The notes beneath the pieces were generated by a model. That model was not told where the DNA came from. It did not search any database and saw only the letters and a program-made list of their open reading frames with translations. Both the position numbers and the translations under genes were made by a program. This document shows, one piece after another, positions 9,739 to 17,459 of a stretch of 33,255 nt of DNA. Source of the DNA: a virus (Duplodnaviria; Caudoviricetes); the IMG/VR virus record IMGVR_UViG_3300001126_000011, positions 1-33,255 of that record. One strand, written 5' to 3'. The stretch's first letter is position 1. The number at the start of each line of letters is the position of its first letter.

Positions 9739-9752
9739 GGTTTGTCCTTAAA

Positions 9753-10337
9753 TTAATTAGTTTCAAACAAAAAACGGTTTGCCGTGCTCATGCCAATATT
9801 AAATAGCTCAAGCGGGTCCTTATCTGACTTTGTCGTGTCAGTTAGCAGTACATACTCAGCGCTATATCGCTCACGCTGTAGGCGGTAGCACAGACGATTG
9901 TGATCACTCACATACGCAAAAATAATGTCGCTGTTACCGATGTTAAACTTACGCTTATCATCAAGCGACAAGCGCGGATTGGTGATATTGGGATAGAGTG
10001 TCACCACGTTTTTAGCCGCGCTTGAGTCATACCAATACAACTTAGCAACGCCATTTTCGACGTATGCAATCGTTGGGCGCATATTCTGATCAAAACTAAA
10101 GCTCATCTCAGTCACATCACCCGCAAACGCTAATACTGCGATTGGTTCAACACCGCTACGCTGTAGGTAAATAGCTTTACCTTTGACGTAGCCGTACCAG
10201 TAGTACTGCATAGGCTCACTGGTGTCAGATAGGGCGATGCCACCAAGCTCCCAGCACGTTGTCGCTGTCTGCGACTTATTGCGAGGTGGCAAAAACGAGG
10301 CACTATCAAGTTCAGTAAGCGTATTGTCGGGCAACAT
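9753..10337 (-). CDS. Putative virion structural protein (accessory fibre/appendage module)
   Basis: WELGGIALSD, SFSFDQNMRP, LDDKR....SDIIFAY, YRLQRERY resemble conserved phage structural proteins; TAATG-coupled to upstream gene. Confidence 0.55.
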   Translation of the reverse strand: MLPDNTLTELDSASFLPPRNKSQTATTCWELGGIALSDTSEPMQYYWYGYVKGKAIYLQRSGVEPIAVLAFAGDVTEMSFSFDQNMRPTIAYVENGVAKLYWYDSSAAKNVVTLYPNITNPRLSLDDKRKFNIGNSDIIFAYVSDHNRLCYRLQRERYSAEYVLLTDTTKSDKDPLELFNIGMSTANRFLFETN

Positions 10338-11287
10338 TACAATTCGCCCTCATAGCGTCCCCAACTTATTTCAAATGGGATACTTAGAATATCTTTGTTA
10401 GTTTTAACTATTGGCGAATCATTAGCGACTGAACCGAATCGTAACTGCCAAGCAGTCATTGATGATGTTATAGCCATAGTTCTAATGTTGCCGTTACCCC
10501 CATCCAAAGGCACATTAAAGGAAAAACCTTTTTTGTAGCTGCCCTTAACATAGGGGAAGTCTTGAACTGCTTTATATCCACCATACAAACTACCTGAAGG
10601 ATATACTGTATTATTAGCTGTCAGCTCTCCTGACGCGACCATATTGCCAGAATACTCAGCAGCAGTAGATATATGTACAGCAGAGAAAGCTAAAGAGCCT
10701 TGTGTGCCACCTCCTATGTTTACTGGTCTTGCAATAACATTGTAAGGTGTAGCCTCACCACTTCCATCTAACAAATTAACCACAAATGATTTATCACGAG
10801 TATCAATAACTTTATGAGTTTTATAGTAGATATCTAGTGTTTCACCAAGTTTGAGACTAATAGATGTAGGTGCACCTGAACTATCTTTAATTAAAGCGCG
10901 TGTATTTAAGTGATAGTTAGTAGCACCACCTTGACTGACTAGACCAACTTCGCTGATATTTACATCATCTAAGCCCGTAAAGCGATATTTCTTCTGCTGC
11001 CAAACTTTATACAGACTGTCACCCTCATCAACGTAGCTGTAATCTGATGTGGTATCAGAACCTGAAGCAAGCGCAAGAAACGCATCAAGTTTGGTTTGCG
11101 TGATTGCGGGGGTGCTGTTGCCGCTGCCAATCGCGCAACTGGCGTTAATAGAGTTGCCTTTACCGCCACCAAAGAAATCTAACCCTTGATTTAAAATAAG
11201 GTTTTTTTGATAGCCTGTGTCAGTTTTTACTGTGCCGTCGGCTTTTGTGACAACACAGCGAAATTCTCCTGCTATACCTACGTGCAT
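10337..11287 (-). CDS. Putative fibre/appendage structural protein
   Basis: Beta-rich; TGYQKNLILNQGLD, GSGNSTP, ISEVGL, TRALIKD motifs; AT-richer C-terminal half. Confidence 0.55.
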   Translation of the reverse strand: MHVGIAGEFRCVVTKADGTVKTDTGYQKNLILNQGLDFFGGGKGNSINASCAIGSGNSTPAITQTKLDAFLALASGSDTTSDYSYVDEGDSLYKVWQQKKYRFTGLDDVNISEVGLVSQGGATNYHLNTRALIKDSSGAPTSISLKLGETLDIYYKTHKVIDTRDKSFVVNLLDGSGEATPYNVIARPVNIGGGTQGSLAFSAVHISTAAEYSGNMVASGELTANNTVYPSGSLYGGYKAVQDFPYVKGSYKKGFSFNVPLDGGNGNIRTMAITSSMTAWQLRFGSVANDSPIVKTNKDILSIPFEISWGRYEGEL

Positions 11288-11288
11288 A

Positions 11289-11867
11289 CTAAACCTCTGT
11301 CTTTAATGTTATGTCTAATGGCTTAACTGACGGCATATAAGCGTCACCGTCATTTGTTGTTTGCTCAATCAAAACCCGTTTTAGCGTTATATCCAATGGC
11401 TTAACGCTTGGTTTATAGGCGTCACCGTCGATATTCTTACTCATGAGTAGCGACTTCAGAGTAATATCAAGCGGTTTGACTGACGGCTGATAAGCGTCGC
11501 CGTCATCAATATTTTTATTCATAAGCAGTGAGCGTAATGTAATATCGAGCGGCTTAACGCTTGGCTGGTACGCATCGCTATCAATCGTTGTGTCTTTTAA
11601 TATCCGCTTGAGCGTGATGTTTAACGGCTTAACTGTGGGTTGGTAAGCATCTTCCTTTTCTACAAGTACGGGGTATGGCTTACTTGCCCAGAATCGCTTT
11701 GGCACTACTGACTCATCTACTATCAATAGCAGTATTCCTAATAGCCGCTCGGTATAGCTGTTTTCCGAACGATTAATCGGCATTGGTATCTCTGATGGTT
11801 GTATTAGCTGCGTATTTCCATTTTCACTAAAGGCCGTGACACATCCTAAATATTTATAAGCTGGCAT
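11289..11867 (-). CDS. Repeat-containing putative structural protein
   Basis: Five DAYxPSVKPLDITLK repeats; inside late operon. Confidence 0.7.
   Translation of the reverse strand: MPAYKYLGCVTAFSENGNTQLIQPSEIPMPINRSENSYTERLLGILLLIVDESVVPKRFWASKPYPVLVEKEDAYQPTVKPLNITLKRILKDTTIDSDAYQPSVKPLDITLRSLLMNKNIDDGDAYQPSVKPLDITLKSLLMSKNIDGDAYKPSVKPLDITLKRVLIEQTTNDGDAYMPSVKPLDITLKTEV
11292..11651 (-). repeat. Five tandem 75-78 bp coding repeats (25-26 aa period)
   Basis: DAYQPTVKPLNITLK, DAYQPSVKPLDITLR, DAYQPSVKPLDITLK, DAYKPSVKPLDITLK, DAYMPSVKPLDITLK. Confidence 0.95.
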
Positions 11868-11876
11868 AAATAACCT

Positions 11877-12326
11877 CTAAATCTCGCGAACATGCAAGCT
11901 CTGTACATGCACTGCCTCTACATCAAAGTCCACCCCGTAGTACCATAAGCCTGACTGATGCTGGATAAAGTAATCACGTACAGGCGCTAGCGTCTTATCG
12001 GTGTGCTCAGGACGATACCCTGATAGCATTGCTAGCACCCAATCGACCAGCGGTACAGCACCATATCTGTCGTGTAGCCCACGACTGATGATTGTCACCG
12101 TGAAGCCCATTTGCCGTGGTTTAATTATCGCCGCCGTATCATCGTGCTTTGGATAATTGGACTTAGCATAGTTGACCAGCAGCGCCCCATTAGCATGATT
12201 GAGCCGATAACTGGCAGGCTTTTCTGGATAAAAATCAACCGTCAAATCCGTGCCTACCATACTTGCCAACTGGTCAACGATAGACTGAGTAATAGATTTA
12301 GTCTGGCTGTGTTCTGGTATCGCCAT
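11877..12326 (-). CDS. Mu gp37-like tail terminator / neck protein
   Basis: YPEKP..YRLNH..GALLV.Y..S.Y, GLWYY motifs; after gp36. Confidence 0.82.
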   Translation of the reverse strand: MAIPEHSQTKSITQSIVDQLASMVGTDLTVDFYPEKPASYRLNHANGALLVNYAKSNYPKHDDTAAIIKPRQMGFTVTIISRGLHDRYGAVPLVDWVLAMLSGYRPEHTDKTLAPVRDYFIQHQSGLWYYGVDFDVEAVHVQSLHVREI

Positions 12327-12351
12327 GATGGAGCCGCCTTAGTGTTGATGC

Positions 12352-12816
12352 TTAGTATTGGTCAAGTAGATCTTTGCTGAAAGTCGATTGGCGATTACGG
12401 CTGGGGCGCACATGGACTTTAAACTCACCGTCTTCCACGACTTGCTGACCTGCTAGTATTTCGCCTGCTGGTACACCCAATGTCACTTTGCCGTCTTGTA
12501 TTTGCACCAGCATTTTGAGCGCGTCCGTATAGCCATCACGTACGGTTTTTGGTAATTCAAAGCCTTCAGGGCGTCGCTCGTATAACTTATAACGCGCGAT
12601 CTGCTTGGCGATAGATGAGATGATTGTTGGTGTATTGCGAAACGGTAAACTATAGCGTCCACGTAGATAGCCATCGACTGTCTCACAAGCTTCCATAATG
12701 ACCGTTTCAACAACCCCAACATCAGCGATACCATCGGCATCGTCGTCCGCTAGCTCAATCATGACGCGATCTGGTACGAGTGACTTTTGGTCGGTAACGC
12801 TGATATAACTCATCAC
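12352..12816 (-). CDS. Mu gp36-like head-tail adaptor (DUF1320)
   Basis: VDGYLRGRYSLP, IARYKLYERR, Y.DALK.L..I.DGK..LG. Confidence 0.9.
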   Translation of the reverse strand: MMSYISVTDQKSLVPDRVMIELADDDADGIADVGVVETVIMEACETVDGYLRGRYSLPFRNTPTIISSIAKQIARYKLYERRPEGFELPKTVRDGYTDALKMLVQIQDGKVTLGVPAGEILAGQQVVEDGEFKVHVRPSRNRQSTFSKDLLDQY

Positions 12817-13373
12817 GACGCAGCCGTAGCTTGTACTGCATCGTCTTCGATGAGTAGCGCTTCTAGCGTGTCATTGGTAGCCGTCGCATCATGATCTATG
12901 CCGCGCTTATCCAATTCCGCATTTAGGTCTTTTTTCAGCCAGCCGTCATAAGGGTTTGCGACTGCTTCAGGCTCAGGTTGTGGCGTTTCAGGCTCAACGA
13001 CTTCTACCGTTTCAGCTGGTGGCATTTTTACTGAACTAATTGTCTCGGCTTGCACTGCTTCTGGATCAGCTTCGACAACCTTCACAACTTTAGATTGCGG
13101 CGCATCAGGCTCACTATCGCTAGGCGGTTGTGGCTGTAGCCCTGCATGATCAGTATCATCAGGTTCAGTAGCGGTAACCGTCGCTAGCGTTTGGCGTTCT
13201 TCATACGCTTTGAGTTCATCTACCGTCGGTTCACGCACGTAGTTTGCCATTTTTAAGAACACCACATCTTTTTGGGATGCTTCAAATAATGCGCCTTCAG
13301 GATAGTTAATACGGTTGTGACTAATCGCCATCATTGCCACCACGATAGCGTTTAATCGTTTGGTCTGTTTCAT
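12813..13373 (-). CDS. Head-associated protein with acidic/Pro linker and C-terminal helix-extension-helix (SAP/HeH-like) domain
   Basis: YDGWLKKDLNAELDKRGIDHDATATNDTLEALL; position between capsid and gp36. Confidence 0.6.
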   Translation of the reverse strand: MKQTKRLNAIVVAMMAISHNRINYPEGALFEASQKDVVFLKMANYVREPTVDELKAYEERQTLATVTATEPDDTDHAGLQPQPPSDSEPDAPQSKVVKVVEADPEAVQAETISSVKMPPAETVEVVEPETPQPEPEAVANPYDGWLKKDLNAELDKRGIDHDATATNDTLEALLIEDDAVQATAAS

Positions 13374-13402
13374 GGGTTATCCTTAATAAGTTTGTTTTAA
13401 GT

Positions 13403-13450
13403 AAGACGCGCTGTGTTTAGCAACGCGTCTTGTTCAGCATCTAGCTGAAC
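13403..13450 (-). promoter_or_regulatory. Tandem stem-loops 3' of major capsid gene
   Basis: AAGACGCG/CGCGTCTT (13403-13431) and GTTCAGC/GCTGAAC (13432-13450); no U tract. Confidence 0.55.
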
Positions 13451-13454
13451 GCTA

Positions 13455-14378
13455 CTAAGCTACGTTTTTAAATAAAAACCCTGCGCTGATACCCGCGATA
13501 ACAGGCTTACGCTCATGCGTTACTGGATAAAAATACGTCTTAGAATTATCATCATAGTACTTGGCTTCCGCATACGGATGACCTTCCATCTCATAGGTAT
13601 AACCAAACGCTGGCTCTTCACGGTCAAGCTCAGACGCTTCAGGCGTGTAGGCCAAAATGGCATCATTACCCCATGCGTCCACGGTATCGTCCACCACTTC
13701 ATCAAAGTAAAGCGCTTTACCGACCACGACTTCGTCCAAGTCAAAGAGTTCTGCAAGCATAGCTGCGGTGACTGCTTTGCCATCGGCCGTGATCGTAAGA
13801 CGTTTTAAAATCTTAGGATGGTTTTTGAGCGCCGTGAACGCAGCAGGGCCGAGCACCATACGATTGGCATCAACGGCACACGATGAGCGGATCACCTCAC
13901 GCGCGTCATCAACATCACCGATAGGGTCACTATCAGGATTCGTCCATTGACTTGTACCAGACAGCACCTTTTTATTACTGGCATCATAACTATCAGGATT
14001 ACGCGCTAGCAGTGCTTGCTGGACTTCAAGCTCAAGCATCATGGCGTTCCACGGTTTACGTACCGCACGCGATTCAAGCTTAATGGTTGGTGCAAGGGCA
14101 TTGGCATCACGCAAATTCTCACGCGGCAGCTTGCCCTCTAAGCTATGGTTTTCTAGTACATAGTCCGCGCCTTCGAAGCCAACATCGACGCGCTTGGTAT
14201 TAGAGCCTGGTGCGCGTGCGGTGTTATAAATACGGAAATCACGGTCAGTAAACATGATGACCTTGCCGCCTGTGGTTTGCACAGGGACGCGCGGAAATAA
14301 GACGTGACCGACATTGGCAGGAATGCCGATACCTTGCACGACTTTGGTTAAGATGGGATCAACGACAACTGTAGCCAT
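13455..14378 (-). CDS. Major capsid protein
   Basis: VDPILT, LFPRVPV, RAPGS, LSGTSQW...SDPIGD, FGYTY...G.P motifs; 307 aa in head module. Confidence 0.9.
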   Translation of the reverse strand: MATVVVDPILTKVVQGIGIPANVGHVLFPRVPVQTTGGKVIMFTDRDFRIYNTARAPGSNTKRVDVGFEGADYVLENHSLEGKLPRENLRDANALAPTIKLESRAVRKPWNAMMLELEVQQALLARNPDSYDASNKKVLSGTSQWTNPDSDPIGDVDDAREVIRSSCAVDANRMVLGPAAFTALKNHPKILKRLTITADGKAVTAAMLAELFDLDEVVVGKALYFDEVVDDTVDAWGNDAILAYTPEASELDREEPAFGYTYEMEGHPYAEAKYYDDNSKTYFYPVTHERKPVIAGISAGFLFKNVA

Positions 14379-14438
14379 TAGGGTTTCCTTTCAGATTTAA
14401 TGTGATTCATAGGGTTAGATACATCGAGGTAATGAACG

Positions 14439-14804
14439 TTACTTGATCAGCACTTCCGCGTGACCCGTTGCCGCTGCGTCATACAGCACAATGCCATGCA
14501 CGGTGTCACTTGCAGTCAGCGCTGCCGCCGCTGTTTTGATGACCATGCTACCCGTATCGAGGCAGATAACATCACCCTGCATGACCGCACCGCTAGCGAT
14601 GCCATTCATATTCATACTTGCCGTACCCAGTACGGTGACAGATACGATATCGCCCGCCGATGCTGCCTCTTGGGTCACGCCCATTGGTAGTGCATCAGCG
14701 GCCATGAGTTTGCCTGTCGCATCGACCCACGATCCTTTGGGTGTATCTTGTTGCACCGTGACGGGTAGCGCGAGGATGCTACGATGTTGAACGCTCTTAT
14801 CCAT
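14439..14804 (-). CDS. Capsid decoration/cement protein (DUF2190-like)
   Basis: GV...AA..GD.V.V...GT, A...G..EVLI; between protease and capsid. Confidence 0.75.
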   Translation of the reverse strand: MDKSVQHRSILALPVTVQQDTPKGSWVDATGKLMAADALPMGVTQEAASAGDIVSVTVLGTASMNMNGIASGAVMQGDVICLDTGSMVIKTAAAALTASDTVHGIVLYDAAATGHAEVLIK

Positions 14805-14848
14805 GTGAGTTACCTTTTTATGTTTAATATATTGTTAAAGCATTTTGC

Positions 14849-15400
14849 CTAACCACTAATCGCCATTAACGCGGTGGAGTAATCAACCTTGTGCGCTTCG
14901 CTGTAAGTCAGCGCTTGCTCATGTAGCGCTAGGCGATCAGCATCTACCGCCGTACCTGCTGGTGCACCAAATGCTGTATTGGTGGTTTGAGGTTTCCCAG
15001 CAGCTTCACTGAACAAATGCGAAAACGTATTCGCATTTGCGTCAGACAGTTTTGATTTGACGGCGGCTTTTAGCGGCTGTTTGTTATCGCCTTCGCCAAA
15101 CTCAACAGGGGCATGGCTACTGTCACGATCTAGCGCGTCTAGCATTGCGGTGATAATTGACTTCTCGCTAGGCGCAATCTTGCCATCTGTGACTAAAGAC
15201 TCGCTAAAGTCAGCGTTTTCTTTCTCAGCTGCTTGGACTTTGGCTGTCGATTCCGCTTGGGCTTTTGCATCCAATTGCGCTTGTAGTGCCGCAATGGTGG
15301 CGTCTTTATCCGTCGTATCGGCAGGCGGTGTCGCGGGTACGGCTGGTGGCGTGGTCGGAGCAGGTGGCACTGGTGTAGCAGGAGCAGCAGGGTTAGACAT
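14849..15400 (-). CDS. Internal in-frame scaffolding protein (Mu gpZ-like)
   Basis: AAAAGGA-taacttt-ATG inside protease gene, followed by Pro/Ala linker and coiled coil. Confidence 0.6.
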   Translation of the reverse strand: MSNPAAPATPVPPAPTTPPAVPATPPADTTDKDATIAALQAQLDAKAQAESTAKVQAAEKENADFSESLVTDGKIAPSEKSIITAMLDALDRDSSHAPVEFGEGDNKQPLKAAVKSKLSDANANTFSHLFSEAAGKPQTTNTAFGAPAGTAVDADRLALHEQALTYSEAHKVDYSTALMAISG

Positions 15401-15964
15401 AAAGTTATCCTTTTGAGTATCATGTTTAATATTTTGTTCATGAGTCGTGGTATCCGTCGTAGTGTCTTCGCCAAAAAATAGCGTACGCATGGCGGACACA
15501 AAAGTATCAAAGGCGGATTGTTTTTCAGCAAAGTCTACAGTCAGCGTCACCGCATCATCAGACTCGCTAAATTCAATCGGCTGTAGACCTTTGATGGCTG
15601 GTGGCTCAGCACCCAAAAACCCCACATGGCGTAAGTAGTACGCGCCTTTGGCAGGGTTGGCTGGAGAGTTAGGTGGGTAAAACGAGGCGGATACTTTCTT
15701 ATAAGCACCGTTAGCGACTTGCTCGCTAAACTCAGTGTTGACCTGCTCAGGGGTGGCAAACAGATTGCCACCATCACCGTTCAATGACTGCACCCAGCCG
15801 TAAGCTGGATTATCAGTCTTAGGATGACCGACGACGATAGGGGCTTGATGCAGATTAGGATCGTAGGCCGCTACAGCAGCGGTAAGGTCTGCCTCACTGA
15901 ATGTCAGCGTCTGGCCGTGACTGTCGGTATGCGTACCTGTTTTAAAGATGTGAATGCGTTTCAT
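14849..15964 (-). CDS. Prohead protease-scaffold (Mu gpI-like)
   Basis: IHIFKTGTH, APIVVGHP...PAYGWV, YKKVSASFY, YLRHVGFLGA.PPAIKGL; start placed at ATG 15964 because GTG 15994 directly abuts the predicted -10, upstream of the predicted TSS. Confidence 0.9.
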   Translation of the reverse strand: MKRIHIFKTGTHTDSHGQTLTFSEADLTAAVAAYDPNLHQAPIVVGHPKTDNPAYGWVQSLNGDGGNLFATPEQVNTEFSEQVANGAYKKVSASFYPPNSPANPAKGAYYLRHVGFLGAEPPAIKGLQPIEFSESDDAVTLTVDFAEKQSAFDTFVSAMRTLFFGEDTTTDTTTHEQNIKHDTQKDNFMSNPAAPATPVPPAPTTPPAVPATPPADTTDKDATIAALQAQLDAKAQAESTAKVQAAEKENADFSESLVTDGKIAPSEKSIITAMLDALDRDSSHAPVEFGEGDNKQPLKAAVKSKLSDANANTFSHLFSEAAGKPQTTNTAFGAPAGTAVDADRLALHEQALTYSEAHKVDYSTALMAISG

Positions 15965-15994
15965 GTGTCGGTGTACCGTTTGGCATTTAGACAC

Positions 15995-16040
15995 ATGGTA
16001 GGTGATTGACGGGGCAGATTATTTTATAGCAGATTAAGGA
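15995..16040 (-). promoter_or_regulatory. Late promoter copy 3 (upstream of protease/capsid): activator site 16021-16040 plus -10 TACCAT 16000-15995
   Basis: TCCTTAATctgCTATAAAAT, 20 nt, TACCAT. Confidence 0.8.
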
Positions 16041-16109
16041 TAAGATAAGGACTAAGACAATAACTAGCAGATGATGTGATGAGTAGTATTATAATGCGTA
16101 TCAAAAAGG

Positions 16110-16131
16110 CGTTTATAAACGTTTATAAACG
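16110..16131. repeat. Perfect 22-bp palindrome C(GTTTATAAAC)2G in G-I intergenic region
   Basis: Directly visible; each 10-mer is itself palindromic. Confidence 0.9.
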
Positions 16132-16173
16132 AGCTGAACAACCAAGCATGAGCATTCACCGCATTGACACTCC

Positions 16174-16201
16174 AAAGGCGCTTAAATCGCATTTGAGCGC
16201 C
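16174..16201 (-). terminator. Possible terminator after gpG
   Basis: GGCGCTCAAAT-GCG-ATTTAAGCGCC-TTT, 11-bp stem with one mismatch just after the stop. Confidence 0.45.
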
Positions 16202-16203
16202 TA

Positions 16204-16704
16204 TCACTCTATTAAATGGTTCTTGATGAGATCAGTCAAAATAGTCACGTCATTGTTACTTGCGCCCAGATAATTACGTGCAGGAATATCACCCCATAAA
16301 TGCGGATAATCTGCTTTTGTGCCGCCATAGTGCATCATCGCGCCATACACCATGTTTGTACCGATGGTCACACCAGCACTTGCTGCCTCATAATGAATTG
16401 ACTGCATCAGCGTATGATTCATGATAAGCGGCTGCTTGCTTGCCACTTTATTTGCGCCGCGTCTGTTTAGACGACCACTTTGATTGGTATCAGATGCGCC
16501 AAGCATACTGGCAAATGTCGCCTCAGAGTTAGCCGCCCACGGCTCACCATCAGGCGACGTTGAGTTCTCAAAATTATCATGGGTGCTATTAACCATATGT
16601 TCACCCATGTCGCTAAACACAGGAGACAGATCACCGCCACGCTCTATGATGCGTAGCACATAACGCTGGGCTTGCTCAAGACCGTCTATATTGATGGTAA
16701 TCAT
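16204..16704 (-). CDS. Virion morphogenesis protein (Mu gpG-like)
   Basis: SPDGEPWA, IGTNMVYGAMMHYGG, IPARNYLG. Confidence 0.9.
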   Translation of the reverse strand: MITINIDGLEQAQRYVLRIIERGGDLSPVFSDMGEHMVNSTHDNFENSTSPDGEPWAANSEATFASMLGASDTNQSGRLNRRGANKVASKQPLIMNHTLMQSIHYEAASAGVTIGTNMVYGAMMHYGGTKADYPHLWGDIPARNYLGASNNDVTILTDLIKNHLIE

Positions 16705-16712
16705 TATTGCCC

Positions 16713-17459
16713 TTACAAAGCATCATCGACATCAATACCTGCATTAAGCAAACTTGTCAGTAGTGCTTGACCAATGATAGGCGCGTATTTACTAATTGTT
16801 GGCTTCCACGTACTGCCTGCCGCATGTTCCCATCCTACTGCTGCCACGCCGTCAATATCGGGTGTATCAGCAATGCTTAGACCCAATCTATCCATATCAG
16901 CCATACTCAATACACGCACATAGCAATTACAGCCGTAACCGTTTGGCGGGTAATTAATCGACCACCAGATATCATCCGCGCGTAGCACGGTATTATTTAA
17001 GCGCAGGTGCGATAGACGTGGATTGCTACGCGTCACATGACGATACTGCCAATAAGGACGAGATTGAAGCATCTCAGGCGTAGTCATCTGCTGCCAGCGT
17101 CCAGCAGCGTGAGAGGTGCGCATATTGGTTAAGTAGATAACACGGGTGCGCCAAGCGCGGCCAGCGGCACTATCACTGCCTGTGTAATCTTTCCAACCAC
17201 GCTTTTGCACGATGTCTTTGAAGCGTTTTCGAAACGCGCCAAGGCTTTCACCATCCTCAATAGCAGCACCTACCGCATCATTCAGGTCTTGCAATAAGTC
17301 TGCTTTCATCGCACCTGCTACCGTAAACGCTTTGTCATGCTGCGCGGCTTGTATGTCTTTATATGTGGGCGTTAGTAGCAGCGTCTTCTGTTTAAAGAAG
17401 GCTATTTGTGATTGAAACTTAAGGCCAAATGCCGCTTGGGTTTTTGATAACTCACTCAT
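16713..17459 (-). CDS. Head morphogenesis protein (Mu gpF / SPP1 gp7-like)
   Basis: AFTVAGA, IYLTNMRTSHAAGRW, PYWQY, R.SH, PPNGYGCNCYV. Confidence 0.93.
   Translation of the reverse strand: MSELSKTQAAFGLKFQSQIAFFKQKTLLLTPTYKDIQAAQHDKAFTVAGAMKADLLQDLNDAVGAAIEDGESLGAFRKRFKDIVQKRGWKDYTGSDSAAGRAWRTRVIYLTNMRTSHAAGRWQQMTTPEMLQSRPYWQYRHVTRSNPRLSHLRLNNTVLRADDIWWSINYPPNGYGCNCYVRVLSMADMDRLGLSIADTPDIDGVAAVGWEHAAGSTWKPTISKYAPIIGQALLTSLLNAGIDVDDAL

Noticed and set aside
11292-11651. Regularly spaced repeats as a CRISPR array or DGR
   Set aside because: Repeats are in-frame coding with synonymous divergence; no cas or reverse transcriptase gene in the window
13380-13387. TCCTTAAT half of the late promoter motif on the + strand
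   Set aside because: Wrong orientation and lacks the CTATAAAAT half; it is the TAAGGA RBS of the 12813-13373 gene
16076-16273. 65-aa + strand ORF in the G-I intergenic region
   Set aside because: Antisense to the late operon, overlaps gpG, and runs through palindromes better explained as DNA sites
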